DNA of 64,000 nucleotides from Oscillospiraceae bacterium. GTDB lineage: Bacteria; Bacillota; Clostridia; Oscillospirales; Oscillospiraceae. The notes below the pieces were generated by a model, which did no database searches, was not told the origin of the DNA, and saw only the letters and a list, made by a program, of their open reading frames with translations. Of this stretch, positions 1-8,639 are shown one piece after another. The position numbers were made by a program, and so were the translations under genes. Within the stretch, counting starts at the first letter, position 1. Each line of letters opens with the position of its first letter. The DNA lies in assembly GCA_022792555.1 (NCBI GenBank), contig JAAWBF010000036.1, forward strand, positions 3,697 to 67,696, in the 5' to 3' direction.

Positions 1-983
1 TCGAGGATTTGGTCCATGTGGGCGATGAGATCGAAACCTATGTCATGCGTGTCAATGATCAGGAGGGTGTTGTCACCCTGTCCAAGAAGCGTTTGGATAC
101 GGTAAAGAGCTGGGATGATATCGAACAGGCCAGAGAAGACCGTACAACCGTTGAGGGTGTTGTCACCGAGGAGAACAAGGGTGGCGTCGTAGTCAACATC
201 AAGGGTGTTCGGGTGTTTGTCCCTGCCTCTCAGACCGGCCTGCCCAGAGAGACTCCCATGACCGAGCTGGTCAAGCAGAAGGTCCGCCTGCGTATCACCG
301 AGGTCAACCGTGCCCGCCGCCGGGTGGTGGGTTCCATTCGTGTCGTGGCCGCTGAAGAGCGCGCCGAGAAGGCCAAGGAGGTCTGGGACAGCATCGAAGA
401 GGGCAAGCGCTATACTGGTACAGTCAAAAGCCTGACCTCTTACGGTGCCTTTGTAGACATCGGCGGTGTAGACGGTATGGTCCACATCTCTGAACTGTCC
501 TGGTCCCGCATCAAGCACCCCTCTGAAGTGGTAAATATTGGCGATACTGTAGAGGTGTATGTCATCTCCTTTGATACCGAGAAGAAGAAAATCTCTCTTG
601 GGATGAAGGACCGCAGTCAAGATCCATGGTCTGTATTCACCGACAAATATCAGCCCGGTGATGTGGCCAATGTGAAGATAGTCAAGCTGATGACCTTTGG
701 CGCTTTTGCTGAGATTGTTCCAGGTGTGGACGGTCTGATCCACATCTCTCAGATTGCCGATCACCGCATCGACAAGCCCGGCGATGAACTCAGTGAGGGC
801 CAGATGGTAGATGTAAAAATCACCGAAATCGAGTATGATAAAAAGAGAGTTTCCCTCTCTATCCGTGCGGTACTGGAGGATGCCCAGCGCTCTGGTACTT
901 CGGAGGAGGGTGATGCCTTGGTTGCAACTTCTGATGCTGGGAGCACGGAGGTCGCTTCTGATTTTGCTGAGGATGGCCAATAA
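1..983 (+). CDS. S1 RNA-binding domain protein, 3' portion (gene begins upstream of the window); one partial plus three complete S1/OB repeats
   Basis: Frame is open from the window edge. Repeated S1 motifs, e.g. YGAFVDIGGVDGMVHISELS and FGAFAEIVPGVDGLIHISQIA. Strong terminator follows. Confidence 0.85.
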   Translation, partial: EDLVHVGDEIETYVMRVNDQEGVVTLSKKRLDTVKSWDDIEQAREDRTTVEGVVTEENKGGVVVNIKGVRVFVPASQTGLPRETPMTELVKQKVRLRITEVNRARRRVVGSIRVVAAEERAEKAKEVWDSIEEGKRYTGTVKSLTSYGAFVDIGGVDGMVHISELSWSRIKHPSEVVNIGDTVEVYVISFDTEKKKISLGMKDRSQDPWSVFTDKYQPGDVANVKIVKLMTFGAFAEIVPGVDGLIHISQIADHRIDKPGDELSEGQMVDVKITEIEYDKKRVSLSIRAVLEDAQRSGTSEEGDALVATSDAGSTEVASDFAEDGQ

Positions 984-998
984 ACTGCCTGTACCATA

Positions 999-1057
999 AA
1001 AAATTACACCTGTCTTCTACTATTATGTGGGAGACAGGTGTAATTTTTCTATTTTTT
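999..1057 (+). terminator. Rho-independent terminator of the S1-domain gene
   Basis: About 16-bp stem AAAATTACACCTGTCT / AGACAGGTGTAATTTT, followed by TTTTTCTATTTTTT. Confidence 0.85.
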
Positions 1058-1217
1058 GGATATGATTAAATGGGATGACCGCCCACGATGAACACTCAGC
1101 TCACCGAAAGGTCCTTTCTTGGTAACAGAATAGGTAAATTTGTTACCTAAGTTACAAGTGAAATAGTTACAAAATAAGATATTTTTACGGATTTTTTAGT
1201 TTTTATTTCCGAAAAAC

Positions 1218-1246
1218 TTGCAAGTACACTTCTATAAGGGTATAAT
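1218..1246 (+). promoter_or_regulatory. SigmaA-type promoter for carD-ispD-ispF
   Basis: TTGCAA (1218-1223), 17-nt spacer, TATAAT (1241-1246), about 50 nt upstream of the carD start. Confidence 0.7.
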
Positions 1247-1296
1247 ATTATACAGATTAGATCTTTTGATTTGTCTTTCACTTAGGAGGTGGGATC

Positions 1297-1776
1297 GTGT
1301 TTCAGGTAGGCGACAAAATTGTTCATCCGATGCATGGTGCTGGTGTCGTTGACAGCGTTGTGCAAAAAAAGGTAAACGGCGTGGTACGGGAATATTATAC
1401 CCTCAAACTGCCTATGGGAGGCATGCTGGTCATGATCCCCACAGAGAACTGTGCGGAGATTGGTGTGCGTCCTGTCATGAAGGGGGAAGAGGCCGATCAG
1501 GTGATTGCAGCGATGCCTGATATTGAGGTAGAGGTTATCCCCAACTGGAACCAGCGTTACCGGGAAAATATGACTCGTATGAAGAGCGGAAATCTGCTGG
1601 AGGTTGCCAGAGTAGTCAAGGGACTGATGCTTCGGGACGGAGAACGTGGCCTTTCTACAGGAGAACGTAAGATGCTCCATTCCGCCAAGCAGATTTTAAT
1701 CTCTGAGATTGTCCTGTCCCAGAACAGCAGCTATGAGGATGTAGAAGCGCGGATCAATACCGCGTTGGCGACTTAG
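1297..1776 (+). CDS. CarD/CdnL-family transcriptional regulator
   Basis: N-terminal FQVGDKIVHPMHGAGVV and YYTL motifs typical of the CarD_CdnL_TRCF domain. GTG start 7 nt after AGGAGG (1284-1289). Confidence 0.85.
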   Translation: MFQVGDKIVHPMHGAGVVDSVVQKKVNGVVREYYTLKLPMGGMLVMIPTENCAEIGVRPVMKGEEADQVIAAMPDIEVEVIPNWNQRYRENMTRMKSGNLLEVARVVKGLMLRDGERGLSTGERKMLHSAKQILISEIVLSQNSSYEDVEARINTALAT

Positions 1777-1875
1777 GTTTTGCTTCATTTTTGGCGATAT
1801 ACCAAACAGAAGCAGACTCTATGCGCAAAAATTCAGCTAGGCCGCAGAACTGGAGGCGGCACAGGGAGGTTTTCT

Positions 1876-2610
1876 ATGTTAGAATGGCTCAAGCGCCTGC
1901 TCCATAGACCGGAGGGAGACAGGGCGATTTGTACCGCAGTAGTTCCGGCAGCCGGCACTTCCTCCCGGATGGGGGGCCGAGATAAGCTGATGGAGCCCTT
2001 GGGGGGGATGCCGGTTCTACTACATACACTACGGGCCTTGGATGATTGTCCGCAGATCGATGAAATTATCGTCGTCACACGCTCTGACCTCATCGCCTCT
2101 CTTGGTCAGCTCTGCCGTGATGCCGCATGCTCCAAGGTAAGTAAGCTCATAGTAGGCGGGGAGACCAGGACCCATTCGGTCTTGGCCGGTATCCGGGAGG
2201 CCCGAAAGGACGCCGCCTTAATCGCAATCCACGATGGGGCCCGTCCTCTGGTCAGCCAAGAGATTCTGCAAGCGGTCATCACCAAAGCGGCCGCCTGCGG
2301 GGCAGCTGCACCTGCGGTCCCAACGAAGGATACCATCAAACGAGCGAGTCATGGGGTTGTCTCCGCCACCCTTGTCCGGGATGAGCTCTTTGCTGTCCAG
2401 ACACCCCAGGTTTTTGAGGCCTCCATGATTCGGGCTGCGCTGGAAAAAACGTTAGAAGAGGGCGTCTCAGTGACCGACGACTGCACCGCAATAGAGCGGA
2501 TGGGTATGTCGGTCTGTCTTACTCAGGGCTCCTATGAAAACATCAAAATCACAACGCCGGAGGACCTGGCCATCGGGGAGGCCCTGCTGAATTGGAGGGA
2601 CAGCCTGTGA
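1876..2610 (+). CDS. ispD: 2-C-methyl-D-erythritol 4-phosphate cytidylyltransferase
   Basis: [16 protein letters not shown] nucleotide-binding motif. ATG 1876 is preceded by GGGAGG (1864-1869), so the ORF-track start at 1780 looks like an upstream extension. Confidence 0.9.
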   Translation: MLEWLKRLLHRPEGDRAICTAVVPAAGTSSRMGGRDKLMEPLGGMPVLLHTLRALDDCPQIDEIIVVTRSDLIASLGQLCRDAACSKVSKLIVGGETRTHSVLAGIREARKDAALIAIHDGARPLVSQEILQAVITKAAACGAAAPAVPTKDTIKRASHGVVSATLVRDELFAVQTPQVFEASMIRAALEKTLEEGVSVTDDCTAIERMGMSVCLTQGSYENIKITTPEDLAIGEALLNWRDSL

Positions 2611-3101
2611 GAATAGGGCACGGCTATGATGTACACCGTCTGACCGCCGGACGGAAGCTGATATTAGGGGGAGTGGAGATCCCCTTTTCCCACGGCCTTT
2701 TGGGTCATTCAGACGCAGATGTATTGACCCATGCGGTGATGGATGCGCTGTTAGGGGCCGTTGGCCTTGGGGATATTGGCGGCCTGTTTCCTGATACCGA
2801 CCCAGCTTATGCGGGGGCGGACAGCTTGGTCCTCCTGGGCCAAGTAGTTGTCTTGATCAAGGAGCGCGGATACCGGTTATGTAATTTAGACGCTACCATT
2901 CTGGCCCAGCGACCAAAATTGGCGCCTTATCTCCCGCAAATGCGTGTCAAGCTGGCCGCAGTGCTGGAGGTGGCAGAGGACTGTGTCAATCTCAAGGCCA
3001 CCACTGAGGAGGGGCTCGGCTTTACTGGAAGCGGAGAGGGAATGGCGGCCCATGCGGTCTGTCTGCTCCAGCTGCTGACCGACAGCACGCTGCAAAAATA
3101 A
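2607..3101 (+). CDS. ispF: 2-C-methyl-D-erythritol 2,4-cyclodiphosphate synthase
   Basis: [11 protein letters not shown] and GHSDADV motifs. GTG 2607 overlaps the ispD TGA (GTGA) and follows GGAGGG (2595-2600). TTG 2592 is an alternative start. Confidence 0.9.
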   Translation: MRIGHGYDVHRLTAGRKLILGGVEIPFSHGLLGHSDADVLTHAVMDALLGAVGLGDIGGLFPDTDPAYAGADSLVLLGQVVVLIKERGYRLCNLDATILAQRPKLAPYLPQMRVKLAAVLEVAEDCVNLKATTEEGLGFTGSGEGMAAHAVCLLQLLTDSTLQK

Positions 3102-3114
3102 TGGCAATCACTTG

Positions 3115-3145
3115 TTTTCCTCCTCCCTTCTGGGGAGGAGGAAAA
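3115..3145. other. GC-rich stem-loop after ispF (possible terminator, no U-tract)
   Basis: TTTTCCTCCTCCC / GGGAGGAGGAAAA 13-bp stem, not followed by a T-run on either strand. Confidence 0.4.
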
Positions 3146-3147
3146 TG

Positions 3148-3216
3148 GTATCAGCAATTTTAAAGATTACTGATACGGTCTCCACCTGCGCAGGAGGTGG
3201 AGACAAGTAAGAACTG
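3148..3216 (+). repeat. Copy A of a conserved hairpin element (shared with 61859-61940)
   Basis: AAGATTnCTGATAC, a 10-bp hairpin (GTCTCCACCT/AGGTGGAGAC), TGGAGACAAGTA and AGAACTG all recur at 61866-61936. An upstream GTATCAG (3148-3154) is complementary to CTGATAC (3170-3176). Confidence 0.6.
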
Positions 3217-3226
3217 TGATAAAAGC

Positions 3227-3254
3227 ACCCTGGGCGATCCTCCAGCATAGAATA
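3227..3254 (+). promoter_or_regulatory. SigmaK/sigmaE-like promoter candidate upstream of the DUF3343/desulfurase pair
   Basis: AC (3227-3228), 17-nt spacer, CATAGAATA (3246-3254). The 11-mer GCATAGAATAG is identical to 37792-37802. Confidence 0.35.
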
Positions 3255-3325
3255 GGCCGAGAGGAGCACCAACATTGGATCATTCCTCTCAAGCGATCAG
3301 TCCTGTGAAAGGAATGGTTTCTACC

Positions 3326-3580
3326 ATGGTCTATTATTTGATCGTCTGCCGTTCCCTGACCTACGCGCAGAGAACCGCCTCTGCTCTGGAGCGGGCCGGC
3401 ATTACCGCCCATATCCTCCGCTCGCCCAAGGTGATCTCCGGGGAGGGCTGCAGCCACTCGGTCAAGGTCTCGGAGCGCAACCTGACTGATGCACTCACGG
3501 TACTGGCCAGAGTTGGGCTCACCCCCAAGCGGATTTTTATTATGTCCAGCGATGGCAGCTATAAAGAGGTGCTGCTATGA
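3326..3580 (+). CDS. DUF3343 (putative Se/S carrier-like) small protein
   Basis: About 84 aa: MVYYLIVCRSLTYAQRTASALERAGI..ILRSP...GC. The pattern and its position directly upstream of a class V desulfurase are typical. ATG 3314 is an alternative start. Confidence 0.6.
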   Translation: MVYYLIVCRSLTYAQRTASALERAGITAHILRSPKVISGEGCSHSVKVSERNLTDALTVLARVGLTPKRIFIMSSDGSYKEVLL

Positions 3581-4710
3581 TTTACCTGGACAGTGCGGCT
3601 ACTACGATGCAGAAGCCGTCCGCGGTGGTGCGGGCGGCTTCTTATGCAATTGGGCATATGGCCAGCCCAGGCCGCGGAGGACACCGGCCCGCCATGCTGG
3701 CTGGGGAGACTGCCTTTGCCTGCCGTGAGGTTGCGGCAGAGCTCTTTCATGTAGAAAATCCAGAACAGGTCGTTCTGACCTTTAACGCTACCCACGGCCT
3801 CAACATTGCCATCAAATCTCTGGTCAAGCCGGGGGATACTGTCCTTATCTCCGGCTATGAACACAACGCGGTCACACGCCCTCTCAACAGTCTAGGCGCT
3901 AGGGTTAAGACAGCCGTCGCGCCGCCCTTCCAGCCAGAGCTGTTGTACCAAAGGTTTGAAGAGCTGCTGACCGGCGAGGTGACCTGTGTGATCTGCAATC
4001 ATGTCTCCAATGTATTCGGCTATATTTTGCCTATAGAGCGGATCTCTGCTCTGTGCAGAAGCCGTCAAGTTCCTCTGATTGTAGATGCTTCTCAGTCTGC
4101 CGGCTGTCTGCCTGTGCATATGGACGACTTAGGCGCGGCTTTTATCGCCATGCCTGGCCACAAGGGACTCTACGGTCCCCAGGGGACCGGATTGCTCTTG
4201 TGCAATGCCCCAACTACAACGCTGTTAGAGGGGGGAACCGGAAGTGTTTCCTCCCTGCAGGAGATGCCGGGTTTCCTGCCCGACCGGCTGGAGGCGGGGA
4301 CCCACAACATCCCTGGTGTCGCCGGCCTGCTGGAGGGCATGCACTATGTGTCTCAACAGGGGATGGGTGCAATCCTGGCCCACGAAAAGGCGCTGACCAC
4401 CAGAGCGGCCCAAAAGCTGTCCGCCCTTCCCGGCGTCGAGGTCTTTGCCGCTCCTGGCTTGGGCGGTCAGGCGGGTGTATTGTCCTTCCGAATGGGCGGC
4501 ATGGACTGCGAGGATGTGGGAGAACGCCTTGGAGAGCGGGATATTGCGGTCCGGGCAGGGCTCCACTGTGCCCCGCTGGCCCACCGATCCGCCGGAACCC
4601 TGGAGACCGGCACCGTCCGGGTCAGCTTCTCCGTCTTTAATACCGCCCGGGAGGTGGACCGCCTCGTCCGGGAGGTCACACAGATCCTCCGGGAAGCTCC
4701 AACCACATAG
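3577..4710 (+). CDS. Cysteine desulfurase family protein (class V aminotransferase)
   Basis: MIYLDSAATT start, PLP-lysine context AMPGHKGLYGPQG, C-terminal RVSFSVFNT. ATGA overlap with the upstream gene. Confidence 0.85.
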   Translation: MIYLDSAATTMQKPSAVVRAASYAIGHMASPGRGGHRPAMLAGETAFACREVAAELFHVENPEQVVLTFNATHGLNIAIKSLVKPGDTVLISGYEHNAVTRPLNSLGARVKTAVAPPFQPELLYQRFEELLTGEVTCVICNHVSNVFGYILPIERISALCRSRQVPLIVDASQSAGCLPVHMDDLGAAFIAMPGHKGLYGPQGTGLLLCNAPTTTLLEGGTGSVSSLQEMPGFLPDRLEAGTHNIPGVAGLLEGMHYVSQQGMGAILAHEKALTTRAAQKLSALPGVEVFAAPGLGGQAGVLSFRMGGMDCEDVGERLGERDIAVRAGLHCAPLAHRSAGTLETGTVRVSFSVFNTAREVDRLVREVTQILREAPTT

Positions 4711-4727
4711 CACCCTGAAAAAGGAAC

Positions 4728-4774
4728 CAGCCTCCGGCGGCCCGCAGTGCGGATCGCCGGAGCTGTGTTTTTTC
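4728..4774 (+). terminator. Rho-independent terminator
   Basis: Stem CAGCCTCCGGCG / CGCCGGAGCTG followed by TGTTTTTT. Confidence 0.75.
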
Positions 4775-4783
4775 GGAAAGAGA

Positions 4784-4813
4784 TTGAAGCAGTAAGGGAC
4801 GCTGTGCTATAAT
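4784..4813 (+). promoter_or_regulatory. SigmaA-type promoter (extended -10) for the DUF4177 gene
   Basis: TTGAAG (4784-4789), 18-nt spacer, TGcTATAAT (TATAAT at 4808-4813). Confidence 0.6.
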
Positions 4814-4842
4814 AAAGACGAACAGATAAGGAGGACTGCGCG

Positions 4843-5028
4843 ATGAAAAAATATGAATATGTTCCAATCCATATCAATAAGATGATTGGTGCAAAATCAG
4901 AAGAACATCGGGAGATTATTGACGATTACGCGGCGCTGGGATATCGGTATGTCGGGTACATTCCAACGGTTATTGCTGATAATGGAAAGCTCAAAGACAT
5001 AGATTTGGTTTTTGAGAAGGATAGTTGA
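4843..5028 (+). CDS. DUF4177 domain small protein
   Basis: 61 aa. MKKYEYVPI...ALGYRYVGYIP pattern typical of DUF4177. AAGGAGG RBS upstream. Confidence 0.6.
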   Translation: MKKYEYVPIHINKMIGAKSEEHREIIDDYAALGYRYVGYIPTVIADNGKLKDIDLVFEKDS

Positions 5029-5081
5029 AATCCTACGCTCAATCGGCAGTTTCGATGATAAATACAGGTTCTAAAATCTGA

Positions 5082-5110
5082 TTGTTATTTATTCAAAGAT
5101 GTGGTACAAT
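5082..5110 (+). promoter_or_regulatory. SigmaA-type promoter (extended -10) for the asp23-like gene
   Basis: TTGTTA (5082-5087), 17-nt spacer, TGgTACAAT (TACAAT at 5105-5110). Confidence 0.6.
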
Positions 5111-5174
5111 ATCTACCATCCTCTCAGGGCGCGTGTTGACGCGTCCAAACAAGTTGGAAGGAGCGTGACCGGTA

Positions 5175-5564
5175 ATGGCAGATGGAAAGGAATATATTTC
5201 TCGCCCTGACGAGCTGGGGAACATTCATATCTCAGAAGAGGTCCTGGCGGTCATTGCGGCCGCCGCGGCTTTAGAAGTAGAAGGAGTCGGAAGCCTGGCG
5301 GCGAATCTAGGCAGCGACCTTGCCGGACTGCTGGGCAAGAAGAACTACAGCAAAGGGGTCCACATCTCGGTCAACGAGGGAGAGGGTGTCTGTGTTGATG
5401 TATCCATCCTCATTCAATATGGTTATACTATCCCTGATGTGGCCAAGGCAGTCCAGGACGCGGTCTACACTGCGGTGGAAAATACCAGCGGCCTGAGCGT
5501 GGAGTGTGTCAACGTCCATGTAGGCGGTGTCATTTTCGAGCGGGAACCCAAAAAACAGGGATAA
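5175..5564 (+). CDS. Asp23/Gls24-family envelope stress (alkaline shock) protein
   Basis: GNIHISEEVLAVIAAAAALEVEGV and VNVHVGGV motifs characteristic of Asp23. Confidence 0.85.
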   Translation: MADGKEYISRPDELGNIHISEEVLAVIAAAAALEVEGVGSLAANLGSDLAGLLGKKNYSKGVHISVNEGEGVCVDVSILIQYGYTIPDVAKAVQDAVYTAVENTSGLSVECVNVHVGGVIFEREPKKQG

Positions 5565-5577
5565 CAGGGATCCCTTG

Positions 5578-5605
5578 AGCGGTGCCATCCGGCACCGCTT
5601 TTTCT
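5578..5605 (+). terminator. Rho-independent terminator
   Basis: AGCGGTGCC / GGCACCGCT stem followed by TTTTTCT. Confidence 0.8.
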
Positions 5606-5720
5606 CGGCTGTGAAGACAGGTTCCGAAACTAGGGGTTTATTTTTACAGCTGGGTTGTATATAATACATGTATATGCACGAGAGAGAAATCCGGGACGAC
5701 CCGGAATGGAGGAAGCAGCC

Positions 5721-6233
5721 ATGACCAGAAGCAACGCACGCGAGATCGCCGTCCACTGTACCTTCGAGCTCAGCTTTTCCAACCAAACAGCCGACGCACT
5801 GCTGGAGGAGGTACTGACCCATGAGATCTTCTCCCTGTTAGGGGAGGAGGAGCCCCTCTATACCGAATTTCCAAATGAGAAACAGCGTCTATACATACAG
5901 GCGCTGGTCAAGGGGGTCTATGATCACGGGCCTGAGCTGGACGATTACATCTCCCGCTATGCCATTGGCTGGAGCTTTTCCCGGATTCCCCGCATTGCGG
6001 TGGCCGTTATGCGGGTTGCAATGTATGAAATTTTGTATATGCAGGATGTCCCAAATGGGGCGGCCATCAACGAGGCTGTGGAGCTGACCAAGCACTACGA
6101 GTCTAATGAGGTGGTCTCCTTTGTCAATGGTATATTGGGTGCTTTTGTCCGCAAGGAGTACATTCCGGAGCCAGCCCACCGGCCCTTTGCCGATGCGTTT
6201 CCAGAGGGCGCTCCAGACAGCGTCGAGGGATAG
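5721..6233 (+). CDS. nusB: Transcription antitermination factor NusB
   Basis: MTRSNAREIAV start and NusB fold motifs (RIPRIAVAVMRVAMYEI, AINEAVELTK). ATG 5721 follows GGAGG (5708-5712). Confidence 0.9.
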   Translation: MTRSNAREIAVHCTFELSFSNQTADALLEEVLTHEIFSLLGEEEPLYTEFPNEKQRLYIQALVKGVYDHGPELDDYISRYAIGWSFSRIPRIAVAVMRVAMYEILYMQDVPNGAAINEAVELTKHYESNEVVSFVNGILGAFVRKEYIPEPAHRPFADAFPEGAPDSVEG

Positions 6234-6236
6234 CGC

Positions 6237-7178
6237 ATGGCCTGTCTCGGAATTGATACCAGCAACTATACCACTTCGGCGGCAGTTTTCGACGGTGAGA
6301 CCGGGATCAACGAAGGCAGACTGCTGGAGGTTCCGCCGGGGACCTTGGGTCTGCGGCAGAGCGACGCGCTGTTCCAGCATGTCAAACATCTCCCGGGCCT
6401 GTTTTCCAGCCTGCGGACCCAGGGACTTTTACACGATATCGAGGCAGTCGGGGCCAGCACCCGCCCGCGGGCTGTGGAGGGATCGTATATGCCCTGCTTT
6501 CTGGCGGGGGAGGGGCAGGGGCGGACCTTGGCCGATGTGCTGGGCGTCCCATTTTTTCCGGTCTCTCATCAGCAGGGCCATTTGGCCGCGGCTGCCTGGT
6601 CTGCCGGATGTCTCTCCCTGTTGGACGCCCCTATGCTGGCCTGGCATCTGTCGGGTGGAACCACGGAGCTGCTTCATGTGATACCGGAGGGGGGCAGTGT
6701 ACGGGCCGAGCGGATTGGCGGTACAAGCGATCTCTCTGCTGGGCAGCTGATTGACCGCACCGGAATCCTGCTGGGGTTGTCCTTTCCGGCGGGGAAGGCC
6801 CTGGATGAACTCTCTCGTCAGGCCGATCCTGTCCAGCCCTATCGGGTCAAATGTGAGGACCTGACCTTCTCCCTGTCCGGAATGGAAAATCAGGTCAAGG
6901 CCATGGCGGCGGAGAAACGCGCTCCGGCAGAGATTGCACGCTTTGCGCTAGAGACCGTTTCCGATGTGGTCCGCCGGGTGACAGTGGAGGCACAGAACCG
7001 CTATCCCGGCCTGGCTGTTCTCTGCTCCGGCGGCGTGGCCTCCAATACCCGGCTGCGCTATATGCTGACCGAATTCTGTCAGGCCCGCTTCGCCCAGCCG
7101 CAATATGCCACGGATAACGCTATGGGAACAGCCATCCTGGCCCACCGTCTTTTGAAACGAGGGGGGAGTGCCTTATGA
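6237..7178 (+). CDS. Kae1/TsaD-like (peptidase M22/glycoprotease family) protein
   Basis: ASKHA-type N-terminus CLGIDTSNYTTS and C-terminal SGGVASN. Sits between nusB and xseA. Confidence 0.65.
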   Translation: MACLGIDTSNYTTSAAVFDGETGINEGRLLEVPPGTLGLRQSDALFQHVKHLPGLFSSLRTQGLLHDIEAVGASTRPRAVEGSYMPCFLAGEGQGRTLADVLGVPFFPVSHQQGHLAAAAWSAGCLSLLDAPMLAWHLSGGTTELLHVIPEGGSVRAERIGGTSDLSAGQLIDRTGILLGLSFPAGKALDELSRQADPVQPYRVKCEDLTFSLSGMENQVKAMAAEKRAPAEIARFALETVSDVVRRVTVEAQNRYPGLAVLCSGGVASNTRLRYMLTEFCQARFAQPQYATDNAMGTAILAHRLLKRGGSAL

Positions 7179-8395
7179 GGCAGCAGAAAGTCTCTGTCCT
7201 GAGCGTTACCCAGGTCAATCAGTATATCAAAGGACTGCTGGATCAGGACCAGATCCTCTCTGGCCTGTATATCCGTGGGGAGATCTCCAACTATAAGACC
7301 TACCCCTCAGGGCACCACTATTTTTCCCTCAAAGACGCCGAGGGCGCCATTCGCTGTGTGATGTTCAAGCGAGAGGCGGCTAGACTGCGGTTCCGGCCTG
7401 AGAACGGGATGTGTGTCATCGCCTCTGGGCGTGTGGCTGTCTTTCCCAGGGATGGACAGTATCAGCTCTATTGCAGTACCCTCCAGCCAGACGGAGTGGG
7501 GGACCTCCATGTGGCCTTTGAACAGTTGAAAGAAAAGCTGTGGCGAGAGGGCCTCTTTGACCCCGCCCATAAAAAATCCATCCCGCCCTTTCCAGATCGG
7601 ATCGCTCTGATCACCTCCCCGGCAGGGGCGGCGGTGCGGGATATGATTCGGATTCTGGGCGCCCGCTGGCCCATGGCCCAGGTCTTTGTGGTCCCTGTCC
7701 GGGTCCAAGGGGCGGAGGCCCCAGGGGAGATTGCAGCTGCCCTGGACTGGGTCAACCGCTGTCAAGGGGCAGATCTGATTCTCACAGGCCGGGGGGGCGG
7801 ATCGATGGAGGACCTGTGGGCCTTTAACGAGGAGATCGTGGCTCGAAGTATTTATGCCTCTCAGATCCCGGTTATCTCGGCGGTGGGTCACGAGCCGGAT
7901 GTGACCATCGCGGATTTTGTGGCCGACCTGCGGGCGGCTACCCCCTCCAATGCCGCCGAGCTGGCAGTTCCAGACCAAAATGAGATTGCCGCCAGTCTTG
8001 TCCAGCTGGAGAAGCGGATGACAAAAGCGGCCGGCGGCCGCCTGGACGCCGCCCGGCAGCGGTTGGATCGGGCGGCCCAGAGCAGGGCGATGACCCGTCC
8101 TATGCAGCTTGTGGACGATCGCAGATTGCTGTTGGATTTCCAGCGGGAAAAGCTGGCCCACAGCCTGACCGCAGCCCTGGGCCGGAACCGGGAACAGTTT
8201 GGCCGTCTGACTGCCGCCCTGGACGCCCTGAGTCCCCTCAAGGTATTGGGCCGCGGCTATGCGGTGGTACGGACTGGGGAGGGACTGCTGGTCAAGTCGA
8301 CGGCAGAGGTATCTCCAGGGGATCGGTTAACAGTCCGGGTGTCGGATGGGACCATCCCCTGCGCGGTGATCCCGGCATTGAGTGGAAAGGACTAG
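7175..8395 (+). CDS. xseA: Exodeoxyribonuclease VII large subunit
   Basis: N-terminal OB fold (LSVTQVNQYIKGLL) and catalytic core (ITSPAGAAVRD, RGGGSMEDLWAFN). ATGA overlap with the upstream gene. Confidence 0.93.
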   Translation: MRQQKVSVLSVTQVNQYIKGLLDQDQILSGLYIRGEISNYKTYPSGHHYFSLKDAEGAIRCVMFKREAARLRFRPENGMCVIASGRVAVFPRDGQYQLYCSTLQPDGVGDLHVAFEQLKEKLWREGLFDPAHKKSIPPFPDRIALITSPAGAAVRDMIRILGARWPMAQVFVVPVRVQGAEAPGEIAAALDWVNRCQGADLILTGRGGGSMEDLWAFNEEIVARSIYASQIPVISAVGHEPDVTIADFVADLRAATPSNAAELAVPDQNEIAASLVQLEKRMTKAAGGRLDAARQRLDRAAQSRAMTRPMQLVDDRRLLLDFQREKLAHSLTAALGRNREQFGRLTAALDALSPLKVLGRGYAVVRTGEGLLVKSTAEVSPGDRLTVRVSDGTIPCAVIPALSGKD

Positions 8396-8399
8396 AGAT

Positions 8400-8639
8400 A
8401 TGGCAGAGAAAAAGTGGACTTTTGAGCAGGCCATGGGCCGTTTAGAAGAGATTGTACAGCATTTGGAGCGGGGAGATGTCCCCTTGGAGGAGTCAATTTC
8501 TCTCTTCGAGGAGGGAACTGCCCTGATGAAGCAGTGCAACACCCTACTCAGCAAAGCGGAGCAAAAGGTGACAAAGCTGTTGGCCGGCCCGGATGGGAGC
8601 CCGGTAGAACGGCCTATGGAGGAGGTGGCGGATCTATGA
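8400..8639 (+). CDS. xseB: Exodeoxyribonuclease VII small subunit
   Basis: FEQAMGRLEEIVQHLERGDVPLEESISLFEEG is the canonical XseB helix-hairpin. ATG 8400 lies just after the xseA stop. Confidence 0.9.
   Translation: MAEKKWTFEQAMGRLEEIVQHLERGDVPLEESISLFEEGTALMKQCNTLLSKAEQKVTKLLAGPDGSPVERPMEEVADL

Noticed and set aside
1780-1875. N-terminal extensions suggested by the ORF track for ispD. The same applies to nusB, xseB, ispA, the DUF212 gene, recN, the RluA-family gene, rex, degV, uppS, ispG, polC, hisD, hisB, hisH, hisF, hisE, barnase and alaS.
   Set aside because: In each case an internal ATG or GTG with a proper Shine-Dalgarno sequence matches the conserved family N-terminus. The extension overlaps the upstream gene or leader.
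3115-3145. The strong 13-bp hairpin after ispF, considered as a canonical intrinsic terminator.
   Set aside because: No U-tract follows it on either strand, because the A/T runs are part of the stem. It is kept only as a stem-loop of uncertain function.
7307-8161. 284-aa minus-strand ORF, and similar ones at 7468-7755 and 7888-8241.
   Set aside because: Antisense to xseA. Arg/Gly/Pro-rich low-complexity translation with no start signals.
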